Assembly: GCF_030144855.1 (NCBI RefSeq) | Contig: NW_026780455.1 | Span: 1 to 64,000 of the forward strand | Direction: 5' to 3' | From: Hypanus sabinus | Lineage: Eukaryota | Length of the DNA stretch: 64,000 nt | Shown here: positions 24,919 through 37,758 of the stretch, one piece after another | Position numbering within the stretch: the stretch's first letter is position 1 | How the letters are laid out: every line of letters begins with the position of its first letter | The notes under the pieces: model-generated | What the model was told of the DNA's origin: nothing | The model's database searches: none | Seen by the model: only the letters and a program-made list of their open reading frames with translations | Position numbers and translations under genes: made by a program

Positions 24919-25229
24919 CTCCCGGCTGTGGAATCGGCAGATCGTCGATACTCCGAAGGAACCCTTTGTTTCGGGGAAGTCTCTCATTACTGACTGTATA
25001 AATCACATGGAATTTTCAATTTATCACTTTAAGGCTGTGCCTGGATGAGAACTCGTTAAAAACAGTTTCTAAGTTTGAATGTTTGAACCCCCTAACTGTT
25101 AACGTCCGGTTAAGTTCGTCGTTTGAATACATTTCTCAGTTCGAACAGAGGTTAATAAATCTCCGGATTTGTTTTAAACCTTGGCTCAGTTACATATTCA
25201 TTGCTGCTGCATTCGTAACAATGTAAAGT

Positions 25230-27170
25230 GTGGTTGAAGACGGGAAATATTCGGCAAGAAGGTCGCTGCCTCAGGGATCTGTTGTGGGGCCACTGCTCAT
25301 TGTGATTTTCATTATTGACCTTGATGTATAAGTGGAGGGATGGATTAGTAAATCTACTGATGTCACAAATGTTCGAGGTGTTGTGGATCGTGTGGAGGGT
25401 TGTCAGAGGTTACAGAGTGACATTGATAGGATGCGAAACTGCGCTGAAAAGTGGCAGATGGAGTTCAACACAGACAAGTGTGACGTTGTTCAATTTTGTT
25501 GGTCAAATATGATGGCAGAATATTGTCTCAATGGACTGCTGCATGTCTGTGTGAAGTTTGAGAGGTATCTTGTGGGCCGAGTGGTTGGGACATTGCAAGC
25601 TTCTGCTCAGGTTGACTCTGTGGTTAAGAATTTCATCCGGTGTATTGGCCATCATCAATTGTGGGACTGAGTTTAAGAACCGAACGGTAATATTGTAGCT
25701 ATCTGGGACACTGTGTAAGTATTTTACGCAGAGAGTGGTGAGTGTGTGGAATGGGCTGCTGGCAACAGTGGGGGAGGCGGATAGGATATGGAAATTGAAG
25801 AGTCTCCTGTGTTGATACATGGAACTTAGAAAAACAGGGTAATTTCTAAGGGAAGGACATTTTCGGTACAGCATTCGGGCTGAATGGCCAGTGCTGAGCA
25901 GCAGATTTTCTATGTTTCGATGCATTGTTGAATTTCTCTTTCCAGTGTTGGTACTCCCGGTGTCCCGATTAATTCTCTGTCAGGCAAATATTATCTCTGC
26001 CTCTTCTCCTGTCAAATACTCCCACCATGTGCCCTCTCATGCACCTTCATTCCAAGAGAAGCAAATTTGAGCACACACAAACTTTCCTCACAAGGAATGC
26101 GCTCCAATCCAGTCAGCATTCTGATACATTTCATATGCACCCGCTGTGAAACTTACACGCCCTTGCTGTACTGAGGTGACCAGAACCAGATAGATAGATT
26201 GATAGATGGATAGATAGATAGATAGATAGCTTCAGCCTCTCAGCTGTTGAAGGGCATGAGGTCACATGGTCATCATCCCTGCCATGATTTATGCCGTCAC
26301 AAAGAATGCTAAGTAAACTGAGAGCCTGCTGAGGGATATGGTTAAGCGTTAAGCGAATTCACCAGCGTCTGGCCGATGGAGTACAAAGCTGGTGACTGTG
26401 TGGTCACCCAACTGGGGAGGACAAATGTAAGAAGAGAGTATTATTTAAGTGGGAACCGATTGCAGTATGCTGCTCAGCGGAGGGACTTTGGAGAGCTTGT
26501 GCTTGAATCACAAAATGTTTGTTTGCAGGTGCCGCAGGATATAAGTAAGACAAATGGGACATTGGCCTGCGTTGCCAGAGGAATTGAGATTAAGAGCAAG
26601 CGGACTGCAGATGGTAGTGGTCAGGCGGAGTCTGGAGTACAGTGTAATTCTGGTCTCCTACTTGAGGAAGGATCAATTGGATTTCTAGGCGGTTCACCAG
26701 TTGATTGCACAGATGAGGTGGTTCGATGATGAGGTGAAATTAACTGGCCCGGGCTCGTACTCGTTGGAAATCAGAAGTGTGAGAGAAAATCTTACAGAAA
26801 CATTTAAAGTTATTAAAGGGATAGATAAAATAGAAGTAGGGAAGTTGTTTCACTGATAGGTAAGTCAATAGTTCAGGCAAATAGCCTAAAGATTCTGGGT
26901 TATAAAATTGGGACGGAGATGAGGAGGCAATGCTTTTTCCCAGAAACAGGTGAATCCGTGGACTTCCCTGCACAATGACGCAATGGAGATTAGCTCGTTA
27001 AATATATTTAAGATAAGTTGGCATTGTTGTTTGCATAGTAGAATAATTAAGGGCTCTGAGGAAAAGGCAGGTATGCGGCGATGAGTCCGTGGACAGATCA
27101 GCCATGATCATCTTCACTGTCGGAGCATGCCAGACTGAATACGCTATTACTGCTCCTATTGCTATTATTC
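25230..27170 (+). mobile_element. Degraded CR1 fragments in the copy-3 intron
   Basis: PQGSVVGPLL; LQSDIDRM..KWQMEFNTDKC; further CR1 3' segments. Confidence 0.7.
26188..26229. repeat. (GATA)n microsatellite
   Basis: agatagatagattgatagatggatagatagatagatagatag. Confidence 0.9.
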
Positions 27171-27661
27171 TCCCATGTTAGCAGAGGAGTTGAACTTCCA
27201 TCACCGTGATACTTGTTACATTAATCAGTTCACTATTGTCTTAATACTTTGCATTTGTAACTCCAACTGGCACGAATGATCTGAGCACATTCCAGTCATT
27301 GGTTGATATCACTGCTTAGCGCATAAGACTTGGGAGCTGAATTCAGCCATTTGATCACCCAGACTTCTCCGCCATTCCATCAAAGCTGATTTACCATCCC
27401 TCCCAAAGACATTCTGGCGCCATCTCCCCGTATCCATTGAAACACCGACGCATCAAGGGCCGATCAATTCCCTCTACAAAATCGTCCCAATGAACTGGCC
27501 ACCGTAGCCGTCTGTGTCGATGAATTCCACAAAATGCACCAGCCTCATTCTTTCGCAATTGCTCCCCAGCTCTGTTCCAAAGAGCTAACGATGAAAAGAA
27601 TTGCAATTTGAGAATGTTTCATTCCAAAGGTTTTTAATGATCTTTACATCTCTTCACACAG

Positions 27662-28584
27662 TTAACGTGGTGACAATCGCCATCCTGTCACGGGGAAAGT
27701 GCGGTCTCTCCAAAGGCGTCACGAGGTACTTGGTTGCCATGGTAGCAGCGGATCAGCTAGTCGTTGTCTTCGATCTGGTATTGAGCAAGATTCTGATGAG
27801 TTACATGCTGACTGAGGTTTTCGTCTGGTCGTTTCGTGTTCCCGTGTGTAATATCCACGCTGTCGTGTTTTACGTCGCCACGGACTGTTCTGTCTGGATC
27901 ACCGTCACTTTCACCTTTGATCGATTTGTCTCTATTTGTTCTCCGGAGCTGAAACGAAAATACTGCACCGGGAGAGCGGCGGCTCTGGTTCTGGCGACAG
28001 TGACTGTGCTGAGCTGCGTAAAGAACATTTTCTGGTATTTTTTGCTCCATGGGAAATATTCGATGCAAGTTTCGTCCTTGCTCTGTTTTAGTTCTTATCG
28101 TTTTTCCCTATCTCTGGAGACAACATTTATTGTGATTCATTTCTTACTCACACCAATATTCCCCTTTGTCCTCATTCTGCTGCTCAACAGTTTAACCGTC
28201 AGACACGTCTTAGTAGCCAGCCGAGCCCGGAGGAGACTCCGTGGTTCGCGCGATGGTGAGACGCCCGCCGACCCGGAGATGAAGAACCGCAGGCAATCCC
28301 TCCTGTTACTGCTGGTGATGTCGGGGAATTTCATCCTGCTTTGGGCGCTGCTGACGGTGTATTCCGTGTGGGATATGTTGCTATTTTACATTAACTTGAA
28401 ACCCCCGACTTCCCTGCGGGAGCTGGGCTACATGCTGCAATTGCTGAGCTGCTGCACGAACACGGCCCTGTACGCCGTGGTCCAGACCAGGTTCAGGGTG
28501 CAGCTGAAGGAGACGGTAAAATCTCCTTTCAGTCTCATTGCAAAGTTCACTCGGCGTTGTCTTGACCCCATTAAACCTCGATGA
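27662..28584 (+). CDS. GPR139/GPR142-like class A GPCR copy 3 (intact), exon 2; spliced product 367 aa
   Basis: Acceptor cacAG|TT at 27661/27662 completes a GTT codon. Open frame with TM1-TM7: MVAADQL, CNIH, SVWITVTFTFDRFVSIC, ECL2 Cys, TPIFPF, LLWAL, NTALY. 181+923=1104 nt. Confidence 0.9.
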
Positions 28585-30289
28585 CGCTTTTCCATTCCGC
28601 GGCAACATATCCCATTTCGTCAGTGCTCCTTCCAGTTGGCTTTCTTTACGAGTTCTCATTATTGTCTCATTAGTTCCAGCAGGTGGATGATTCTACCATT
28701 AGCTGCATGCGCAGCTTTAACAGCACAATCGCAATACGACCGTTGTGCCGTGCCGGTATTCCGTGCGGCACGAATGTCTGCTCAGATACATCCGGTGTAG
28801 CTCCATCTGTTTCCTCAGGCGAGAGCTTTTGATTCCAAGAGCCCCAGCCTTTTATCTGTTTCGGGAAGACTGGTTACCGTGGACAGACTGCAAATCTCCT
28901 CTTGATCGTGGGTTCTTTGGAATCTGTCTGTCACCTTGAGAATAATTCGGCAACTCGCACTCGTAAAACCACTCGCCCAATGGCAGTGACAGCGCTTCTC
29001 CTGATAGATTCTGTCTGGTCTGCTGTGCTCCACCCAGCATTTTGTGTGTGTCACTTAATCGCCGTTCGTCCAGATCCAGCAGCAACTACAATCGCAATGC
29101 CTTATAGTAAATAAAATACGTTCATAGACACTTTGTGCAGCAATGGTCCAGTCTGTCTAATTGGAAAGAGTACAGTGAGTAGGTGGGAAGCTGATTGCTG
29201 AGGTAAAGCAAAGCATGGCAATGTATTTATTGAGTTCGGGACGAAATGTGAGATGCTCTCAGAAGTAAGGCTCCAGCCTTAATACTTTCATTTGTTTTGG
29301 GTACATCAGAGCTTTCTCCCACTGCTCCGTCAGGAATAACATCTTGCACTGGAGTATTTCTCCTGAGATAATAATTGGTACCGATCCTCTCCGAAACGCC
29401 GACGCGCATTTTTAGGTAATGTTCGACAGTGAGGTTTTTTTTTTCTTTTGTGATGTACTTCACTGCCTCGGATGTATGCAGCTTAGTTGACTAATAATCT
29501 TGCAGACAACACAAACAAAAACATTTACTTTGAGACATACACAAAGTGACGGAGGATCCTCGGCCATTAATTTCACATTAACTCAACAGAGCAAGATCTC
29601 TACACAGAGAGCAGTGGGTGCATGGGGTTCACTTCCTGATATGCTGGGAGAGACACTAGGACCAGTGACGTTGAAGAGATACTGAGACCGAGATGTGCCT
29701 TAGAAGAAGTCCTGATTGTCAATTACTTTTCATTAATCCTCCGGATTTCCTCATTTCCGGCAGATGTGGTTCCAGCGAAAACCTCTTCTGAATATTCATT
29801 TTAATAGGGTCAACCTGTCCTTCTGATTTCCTCCAGCATTTCCGGTGTTTTGCCTTGGAATTGCAGCATGTGCAATTTCCTCGTGTTTCTCCTCTAGTTC
29901 TTTTCTGGCTTCCGTTCACTCCTCTTGTTTCTCGTTCGCCCCGAACTTGCGAGAATTTTCATACATCCCCCTTTTTCACTTGAGTATATTCATCAAATCG
30001 CCACAGGCAGCTGTCAAAACCATTATGTATATTCAAGGCAGAATTTGATAGGTTCCTGATTGGTCAGGGCATGAAGAGATATGGGGCGAAAGCAGAGCCT
30101 GAGAGATTAGTGGAAAATTGGATCTGTCATGATGAAATGGTGGATTGCTCTGAATATTGTCACAGCCTACGACAATCTGCTGGAATGGCCATGAAATGTT
30201 TAAAAGTATCAGATACAATATCTGAGATTTACCTGGCCGGTTCCTCACAGAAACGTCACAAATAGAACCGAATGGGTAACTGAATCCGC

Positions 30290-31230
30290 TGGGAACCTAA
30301 TAGACAATAGGTGCAGAAGTAGACCATTCGGTCCTTCGAGCCTGCACCGCCATTTTGAGATAATGGCTCATCATCTACTATCAATACCCGGTTCCTGCCT
30401 TGTCCCCATATCCCTTCCTCCCCTATCCATAAGAGAACTATCTAGCTCCTTCTTGAAAGCATCCAGAGAATTGGCTTCCACTACCTTCCGAGGCAGTGCA
30501 TTCCAGACCACCACAACTCCCTGGGAGAAGAGGTTTTTGTCCTAAATGACCTACCCCTTATTCTCAAACCATGCCCTCTGGTACTGGACTTTCCCAGCAT
30601 CTGGAACATATTGCCTGCCTCTATGTTGTCCAATCCCTTAATAATCTTATATGTTGCCATCAGATCCCCTCTCAATATCCTTAATTCCGGCGTGTACAAG
30701 CCCAGACTCTCTGACATCTCTGCGTAAGCCAGTCCTGACATCCCAGGAATTAACCTTCCGAATCTACGCTGCACTTCCTTTACAGCCAGGATTCTCTTCC
30801 TTAACCCTGAAGACCAAGACTGTACACAATACTCCAGGTGTGATCTCACCAGGGCCCTGTACAAATGCAAGAGAATTTCCTTGCTCTTGTACTCAATTCA
30901 CTTTGTAATAAAGGCCAACATTTCATGAGCCTTCTTCACTGCCTACTGCACTTGCTCATTCACCTTCAGAGACTGACGAGCAAGGACTCCTAGATCTCTT
31001 TGTATTTCTCCCTTATCTCTCTACACTGTTCAGATAATAATCTGCCTTCCTGTTCTTACTCCCAATGTGGATAACCTCACACTTACTCGCATTAAACGTC
31101 ATCAGCCAAGTATCTGCCCACTCACTCAGCCTTTCAAAATCACCCAGAATTCTCCTAACATCCTCATCATATGTCACACTGCCGCCCAGCTTAGTATCGT
31201 CAGCAAACTTGCTGATGCTATTCTCAATCA
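30290..31230 (-). mobile_element. CR1 LINE 3' fragment
   Basis: ISKFADDTKLGG; WLMTFNASKC; LYRALVRSHLEYCVQ. Confidence 0.9.
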
Positions 31231-31329
31231 CAAGTGGTTTTGAATCGGCAAACCGGAGGGAGAGTGAAAATCTGACTGAATAGATCCACAACAACAACCT
31301 CACCCTCATATTGGCAGAATGGAAAAATG

Positions 31330-34300
31330 ATTATTGACAATAGTCGGAGTAGACTGAGTCAGAGTGTGACGGCTTTGGCTCAACAGGCTTCGGCGTGAAC
31401 AGGCAGAGGCAAAGGTAGGTTCCGGTAAGTTTTGATGTGTTTGTTTAGAGTATGAAGAATGCCAGGTAGTTTGTTGGAATGCTCCTCTTACAGGATGTGG
31501 GAAGTCGGGGAGACGTCCTGTGCCCCTGGCAACAATACATGCAAGATGTGTATACAACTGCAACGCCAAACAAACCGCGTTAGGAAACTGGAGAAGGAAC
31601 TGGATGACATCCGGATCATTCGGGAGAATGAAAAGTTTACACATAGTAGCTACAGGGAGGTAGCTACGCCAAAGGAGCAGCGCACATGTAATTGGGTTAC
31701 CGTCAGGCGAGGAAGGGGGAAGGCAGACAGAGCGACGTCCTCTTGTGGCTAATCAGCTCAACAGCAAGTATACCGATTTGGATACTGTTGGGAGGAATGA
31801 CATCGGGAACAAGCTGCGCAGCTGGGATCACTAGCATAGAGTCTGGTACTGCAGTGCAAATGACAGTGGGGAAGAAGAGGAGATCGGTAGTGACAGGGGT
31901 CACGATAATTAGAGGTAGAGACAGGATTTTCTGTGGTCGCGACAGAGACTCCGGGATGGTTTGTTGCCTCCCGGGTGCCAGGGTCAGGGACATCTGTGAT
32001 CGCGTCACAGCATTCGGAAATGGGAGGGTGAGCAGCTAGATGACATGGCATACATCGGTACCAATGACGTAGGAAGAAAAAGTGAGGAGGACCTGAAAAG
32101 TGAGGAAAGAGAGATTGGTAGGAATTTCTAAAACAACAGGGCCTCGAGGGTGGTAATCTTAGGATTTCTACCTGTGCCACGTGCCAGTGTGGGTAAGAAT
32201 AGGATGCTCTGGAGGATGGACACGTGGCTGAGGAACTGGTGAACGGTGTAAGGTTTCAGATTTCAGGATAATTTTTACCTCTTCTGGGGCAAGTGCAACC
32301 TTTACAAGACAGACTGTTTACAACGGAAATACTGGGGGACCAATATCCTTTCAGGGAGGTTTGTTAGTACGATAGGGGGTAAATTAGATTTGCAGGGGGA
32401 TGGAAATCAGAGCGTCAGAGTAGATAGTGGAGCGGGGGTGAAAATAATTGAGGTTAAAGTTTCATGTAAAGTCACAAATAGAAGGGGTGTGTGCGGTGGT
32501 AATTAACTTCTGAGGTGTGTCTATTTCAATGCGAGTATTGTGGGGAAGGCCGACGAGTTGAGGGCATGGATTGACACGTGGGATTATGACATTGTAGGCA
32601 TCAGTGAAACTTGGCGACAGGAGGGGTAGAACTGGCAGCTTAATTTTCCAGGGTTCCGATGTTTCAGCCGTGATAGCGACAGGAGGATGAAGGGTTGGTT
32701 GGGGGGTGATGAAATTGCTAGTCAGGGAAAAGGTTACAGCAGTGCCGAGGCAAGACAGATTAGATGGAATGTCTATCGAGGCCATATGGGTGGATCTCAG
32801 AAACAGGAATAATTTCGCCACATTAATGGGATTGCATTGTAGACCACCCAATAGTTCGTGAGAATCGGAGGAGCAAATCTGCAGAAATATAGCAGACAAC
32901 TGCAGGAAACATAAAGTTGTGATTGTAGGGGATTTTAAATTTCCATGTATTGATTGGGACTCCGACTACAGAGGATGCAGGATTAGATCTCCGATTTGAA
33001 CCGAGATAGGACAGGGGATGGATGTATGTGCAGGGGAACACTTTGGTTCCAGTGGTCATAATACCATTAGATTCAACTTGATCATGGATAAAGATAGATC
33101 TGCCCATCGGGTTGAGTTTCTCAACTGGAAAAATGTCCGATTTAACGAAATGAGAAAGGATCTAAAAAGACGGGATGGGGACATGTTGTTCTCTGGAAAG
33201 GATGTCGTTGGTAGTTGGGAGGATATCAAAGTTGAAATTTTGAGATTGCAGAGTTTTTATGTTCCTGCCAGTATTAGAGGCAAAGTGAATAAGAATAAGG
33301 ATCCTTGGATCTCTGGGGATATTGGAAATCTGATAAAGAAGAAGAGAGATATCTATGACATGCATAGGTAACAGGGAGAAAATAAGGTTCTTGATGAGTA
33401 TAAAAAGAGCAAGGAAATACTTAAGAAAGAAATCAGGAGGGCTAAAAGAAGACATGAGGTTTATTTGACAGGAATAAAGAGCGAAAGGATAGTAATTCAT
33501 TAAATTGTTCATCTTGAAGTTCATGGTGGTCGGGTATGCATGGAAAGAAAATAAATGGGAGAGATCTTAAATGTTTGCGTCTGTAATTACAAAGGAAACT
33601 GGCATGGAGTCAATGGAAACAAGGCAAACAAGTATTGAGTTCATGGAACTTATACAGATTGAAGAGAGGAGCAGCTTGCAATCTTGAAGCATATGAGAGT
33701 ACATAAATTAATAAGAACTGACAGGGTATTCCCTCGGGCGATGAAATAGATTAATAGTGGTATGGCAGGGGCTTTAGATATATTTAAAATGTCGGCATCT
33801 ACGGGCGGGTTGCCAGAGGATTGGAGGATAGCTCATGTTGTTTGGAAGGACAAACCAAATACAATGCAAATGGTAGGCCACTGAGGAGTACAGTAGAATA
33901 GAAGGATTTGGGAATACAGATACAAAATTCCGTAAAGGTGTGGTCAAATGTGGATAGGGTAGCAAAGAGAGCGATTGGTACATTGGCCTTTATAAATCAA
34001 AATACTGGGCATAAGAGTTGGAATGTTATCGTGAGGTTGTATAAGGCTTTGGTGAGGCCGGATTTGGAGTATTGCGTGAAGTTTTGGTCACCGAATTACA
34101 GGTGTATTAATATCGTTGGAAGAGTGCCGAGATGGTTTATAAGGATGTAGTCGGGACTACAGGAAATGAGTAACAGAGGAACGTTGCATAAGCTAAGACT
34201 TTATTCTTTGCAGGGCAGATGAATGAGGGGAGATTTGATAGAGGTATATAAAGTTATGATGGGTACAGACAGAGTGAATGTAAACAAGCATTTTACATTG

Positions 34301-34620
34301 AGACTAGGGGAGATTAAAAACCGACGGCATGGGATAAGGTTGCAGGTGGGAAGGTTTAAAGTACTGTAGGGGTTTCGAGGGGCTTCTTCACACCGAGAGT
34401 CGTGGGAGTGTGTAATAATCTGCAAGTTGATGCGTTAAATGCGGGCATTCTTTTAACATTTATGAAAAAACTTGGACAGGTGCATAGATCAAAGGAGTAT
34501 GAAGGGATATTGTCCGGGTGCAGCTCAGTGGGACTAGGCAGAATAATGGGTCGGCACAGCCACGCACGAAGGGCCAATAGGCTTGTTTCTGTGCTGCAAT
34601 GTTCTATGGTTCTATGGTTC
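31330..34620 (+). mobile_element. Near full-length degenerate CR1 LINE (ORF1 Zn-finger/coiled-coil + esterase-like; ORF2 internally deleted)
   Basis: ORF1 CSSYRMWE..CKMCIQLQ..VRKLEKELD, MVCCLPGARVRDI. Endonuclease region 32500-33100, RT 3' end, ttctatgg tail at ~34600-34620. Confidence 0.85.
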
Positions 34621-36873
34621 TGTTGCTTTGCTGCTTCTGCATTCTTGTCGATGTAGTCAATAATGAGGAGCCTTTTACCCGTGTTGGACTGGACTGTATT
34701 CAGTTTATACAACTTCACATTTTTCTCACGGCCGGTACAGGAAACCATACCCTGGTTTTATAACCATGACGACATTATGTGTTCGGATGACTCTCTAGCA
34801 GCTTTAAATGACTCCCCATTGATCTCCCTCCTGACGCCTAACCCTGCAAGCGGGACCAGTGCTGTGTAGGCCCGCACAGTTTCCCGCACCGACGTACCGG
34901 GTCCCAAACCGGCCTTTCTGCTGAGGTGACACTTCACCTGCCAGTCTGCCGGTTTCGTTTGTTGTACCCGGTGTTGCCAGTGCAGTGCGGACTCCACTTC
35001 TTCAGTGTAATCCGATTGAGATTCGGGGAACGTTTCTGCGAGTCCATTGGCACCGTCTTGCGTAATATCTAGAACTGCCTTCTGTTCTGCAAATCTACTC
35101 AATCTTCCCATTTACATTCTGGGAGTTTATTCTTGAACTATTTATCATATTTCCGCCCCAACAAAGTCAGGGAATGCGATATCACCCTAATCAAAAAGGG
35201 AATACACAAAAACCAGTTTACGTACCGGTTAGCTCTTTGGACTGCGGAGAGACACATGGAGAAAACTAGCAATTTCAACGAGCCGGACGTACAGTGTGTC
35301 CGTACTGAGGACCGGAAGTGATGTAAGTTCTGCGATGTTAATCGTTAGGCTAATTGCCTGACCACGCTCGGTGCTGCTGGAATGATACTTCGAGGGGAAC
35401 AGCTCATTTTCTGTCCGGGCAGTTTCCTACCTGGGGGTATGAACCTCCACATCTCCAGCAACAGCTTATTAGTCCCAGTTCACTAGTTTTTCCTATTCCA
35501 TCCGCTTTTCTGGATCCTCTCTGGTCTCTTCTGTCCTGTTCACTTAACCATCTTCTCCACTGGGAGAATCTCCTTACTTGCATTCATCCACTATCAAGTC
35601 TCCTGAGGTTCCCCACCTCCGTTTCCTTACCTCTTACACCTATCACCGCACAGCATCTTACATAACCCCGCTCGCCACTAAGGCGCCCATCACTTACTTT
35701 CATATTCCCCAGGTCAGTAGGTAATCTGCCAGATCATCTCCTCAGCTGGCCGCTCGTCCTTTCCAATGCAGAAAAAGAATCTCCAAAGTGTGAGTAGTTC
35801 GTCCACTTCATTGGAAGTTTGCAGCACAGGAACAGTCCTGTCGTCCTGCAGTCGTGCTCAACCAGTTAAATTGGTAATATAATCCCTAACTAATCCTCCC
35901 TGTCTGCATGATGTCCATGTCCTTCAATTTTCGTCATAGGCACATGTCTGTATCAGCTTTCCTTCAAGGTCACTCCTCCTTGTTCCTCAACCACCACAGT
36001 ATGAAATGCATCCCATGCACCCACTACTCTCTGTGTAAAGGTCTTGCTCTTTATAGTTCATTTGAAATTACCACCCGAAGATCCTCCGTCAATCTGTGTA
36101 TGTCTCAAAGTAAATGGGTTTTTTTTTGTGTCGATGCAAGATTATTAGTCAGATCATTTGTATACATCCGAATCATTTATGCATATCACAAACCCCGGAA
36201 GAACTCACTGCCGACCATTACCTGTGGACTGTAATTTCTCGGTTGTGATTAAAATTGGATTCCTGTGTGACAACACTGAAATCTCTGCACTGCCGACTGC
36301 CGCCTACTGGCGGCAAAGGAAACTGTTTTTTTATTGTTGCAGAGAGCATCAAACAGCAAAGGGGTCCGAGTCATTGAGTTACCTGTCGACGAGATATTCC
36401 CGTATTCCTCTATCGTTTCCAAATAACAGAGACTGAACTGTCGCATTACTTAAAAAAGAGTTATTACTTCATGACCACACTTTCAACCCGTCTTCACTTT
36501 TACCAAGGCACTTCAACATCCTCAACGCCATCACGTTTTGAGTTGCTGCAAGTATATTTATGAGTCATCCCATTTTCATCCAAGTTAAACGCCAGAACAT
36601 CTCCAACACTTGTCACATGCAGAATGGCTGACCTCCACCACTACACACTGTCCTCTACGTCCAGGACAAATTTGTATCCGTGCTATCCAATACAGCTCTG
36701 ACTCATGCATCAGCCTACCGGCACAGGTCAGCTCAAACGTCTTACTTCCGGTCGGTTCCCAACCGTCGGCCCTTGGCTGGTACAAAGCTTCACGGTCCCA
36801 GCGACTCTTCGATTTACAAAAAACAATTAACCCCTCAGACGAAATGGGTAATTTGATCGGTATTGGAGTATCC

Positions 36874-37758
36874 TCACTGAAAATTCATGCGGCACTGACA
36901 ACAGCGAGTCATCTTTGCTATGAGACATAGGGGCGATTTCACCGTCTCCTTCAGCTGCACCCTGAACGTGGTCGGGACCACGGCGTAAAGGGCCGTATTG
37001 GTGCAGCAGCTCAGCAGTTGCAGCATGTCGACCAGCTCCCGCAGAGAATTTGGAAGTATCACGTGAATGTAAACAAACAGGCTATCCCATACGGAATACA
37101 CCGTCTGCAGCGCACACAGCAGGATGAAATTCCCTGACTTCACCAGCAGTAACAGGACAGATTGCCTGCGGTTATTCATCTCCGGGTCTGCGGGCGTCTC
37201 GCCATCGCGCGAAAAAAGGAGTCTCCTCCGGGCTCAGCTGGCCACTAAGACGTGTCTCATGGTTAAACTGTTGAGCAGCAGAATGCTGACAAAGCGGAAT
37301 ATTGGGGTGAGGAGGGAATGGATCACAATAAAAGTTGTCTATAGAAATCGGGAATATCTATAAGAACTGAAACAGAGCAAGGATGAAGCTACAATCGAAT
37401 ATGTTCCATGGAGCAAAAAGTACCAAAAAATGTTCTTTACGCAGCTCAGCAGAGTCACTGTCCCCAGAACCAGAGCCGCCGCTTTCCCGGTGCAGAACTT
37501 TCGTTTCAACTTCGGAAAACAAATGGCGACAAATCGATCAAAGGTGAAAGTGATGGTGAACAAGACAGAACAGTCCGTGGCGGCGTAGAACACGACGGCG
37601 TGGATATTACAGACGGGAACACGAAACGACCAGAGGAAAACCTCCGATGGCATGTAACTCATCGGAACCTTGCTCAATACCAGATCGAAGAGAACGACCA
37701 GCTGATCCGCTGTTACCATGGCAACCAGGTACCTTGGGACGCCTTGGGAGAGACCGCA
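36874..37758 (-). pseudogene. GPR139-like GPCR copy 4, exon 2 remnant
   Basis: A ~69-nt deletion removes the acceptor and first ~13 codons (ccaagg-c-TGCGGT). In-frame TAG at 37339-37341; the frame continues to the stop at 36874. Confidence 0.9.

Larger units (their letters stand above)
23486..25220 (+). mobile_element. Solo LTR in the copy-3 intron, with nested LINE and gap
   Basis: TGTTATA...CGTAACA termini, flanked by ATGC/ATGT. Absent from the copy-4 intron. Confidence 0.55.
19380..28584 (+). repeat. Left arm of inverted segmental duplication (carries GPCR copy 3)
   Basis: Colinear reverse-complement matches to 36874-44350, e.g. 20041 region vs 43930, 21640 vs 42340, 25930-26190 vs 39280-39550. 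Confidence 0.85.

Noticed and set aside
27601-27661. MQFENVSF.. as the receptor N-terminus
   Set aside because: TTG start in the intron's polypyrimidine region. The true N-terminus is on exon 1.
27662-28584. Assigning the symbol GPR139
   Set aside because: Similarity is family-level only. Multi-copy divergent paralogues are unlikely to be the 1:1 orthologue, and this needs a phylogeny.
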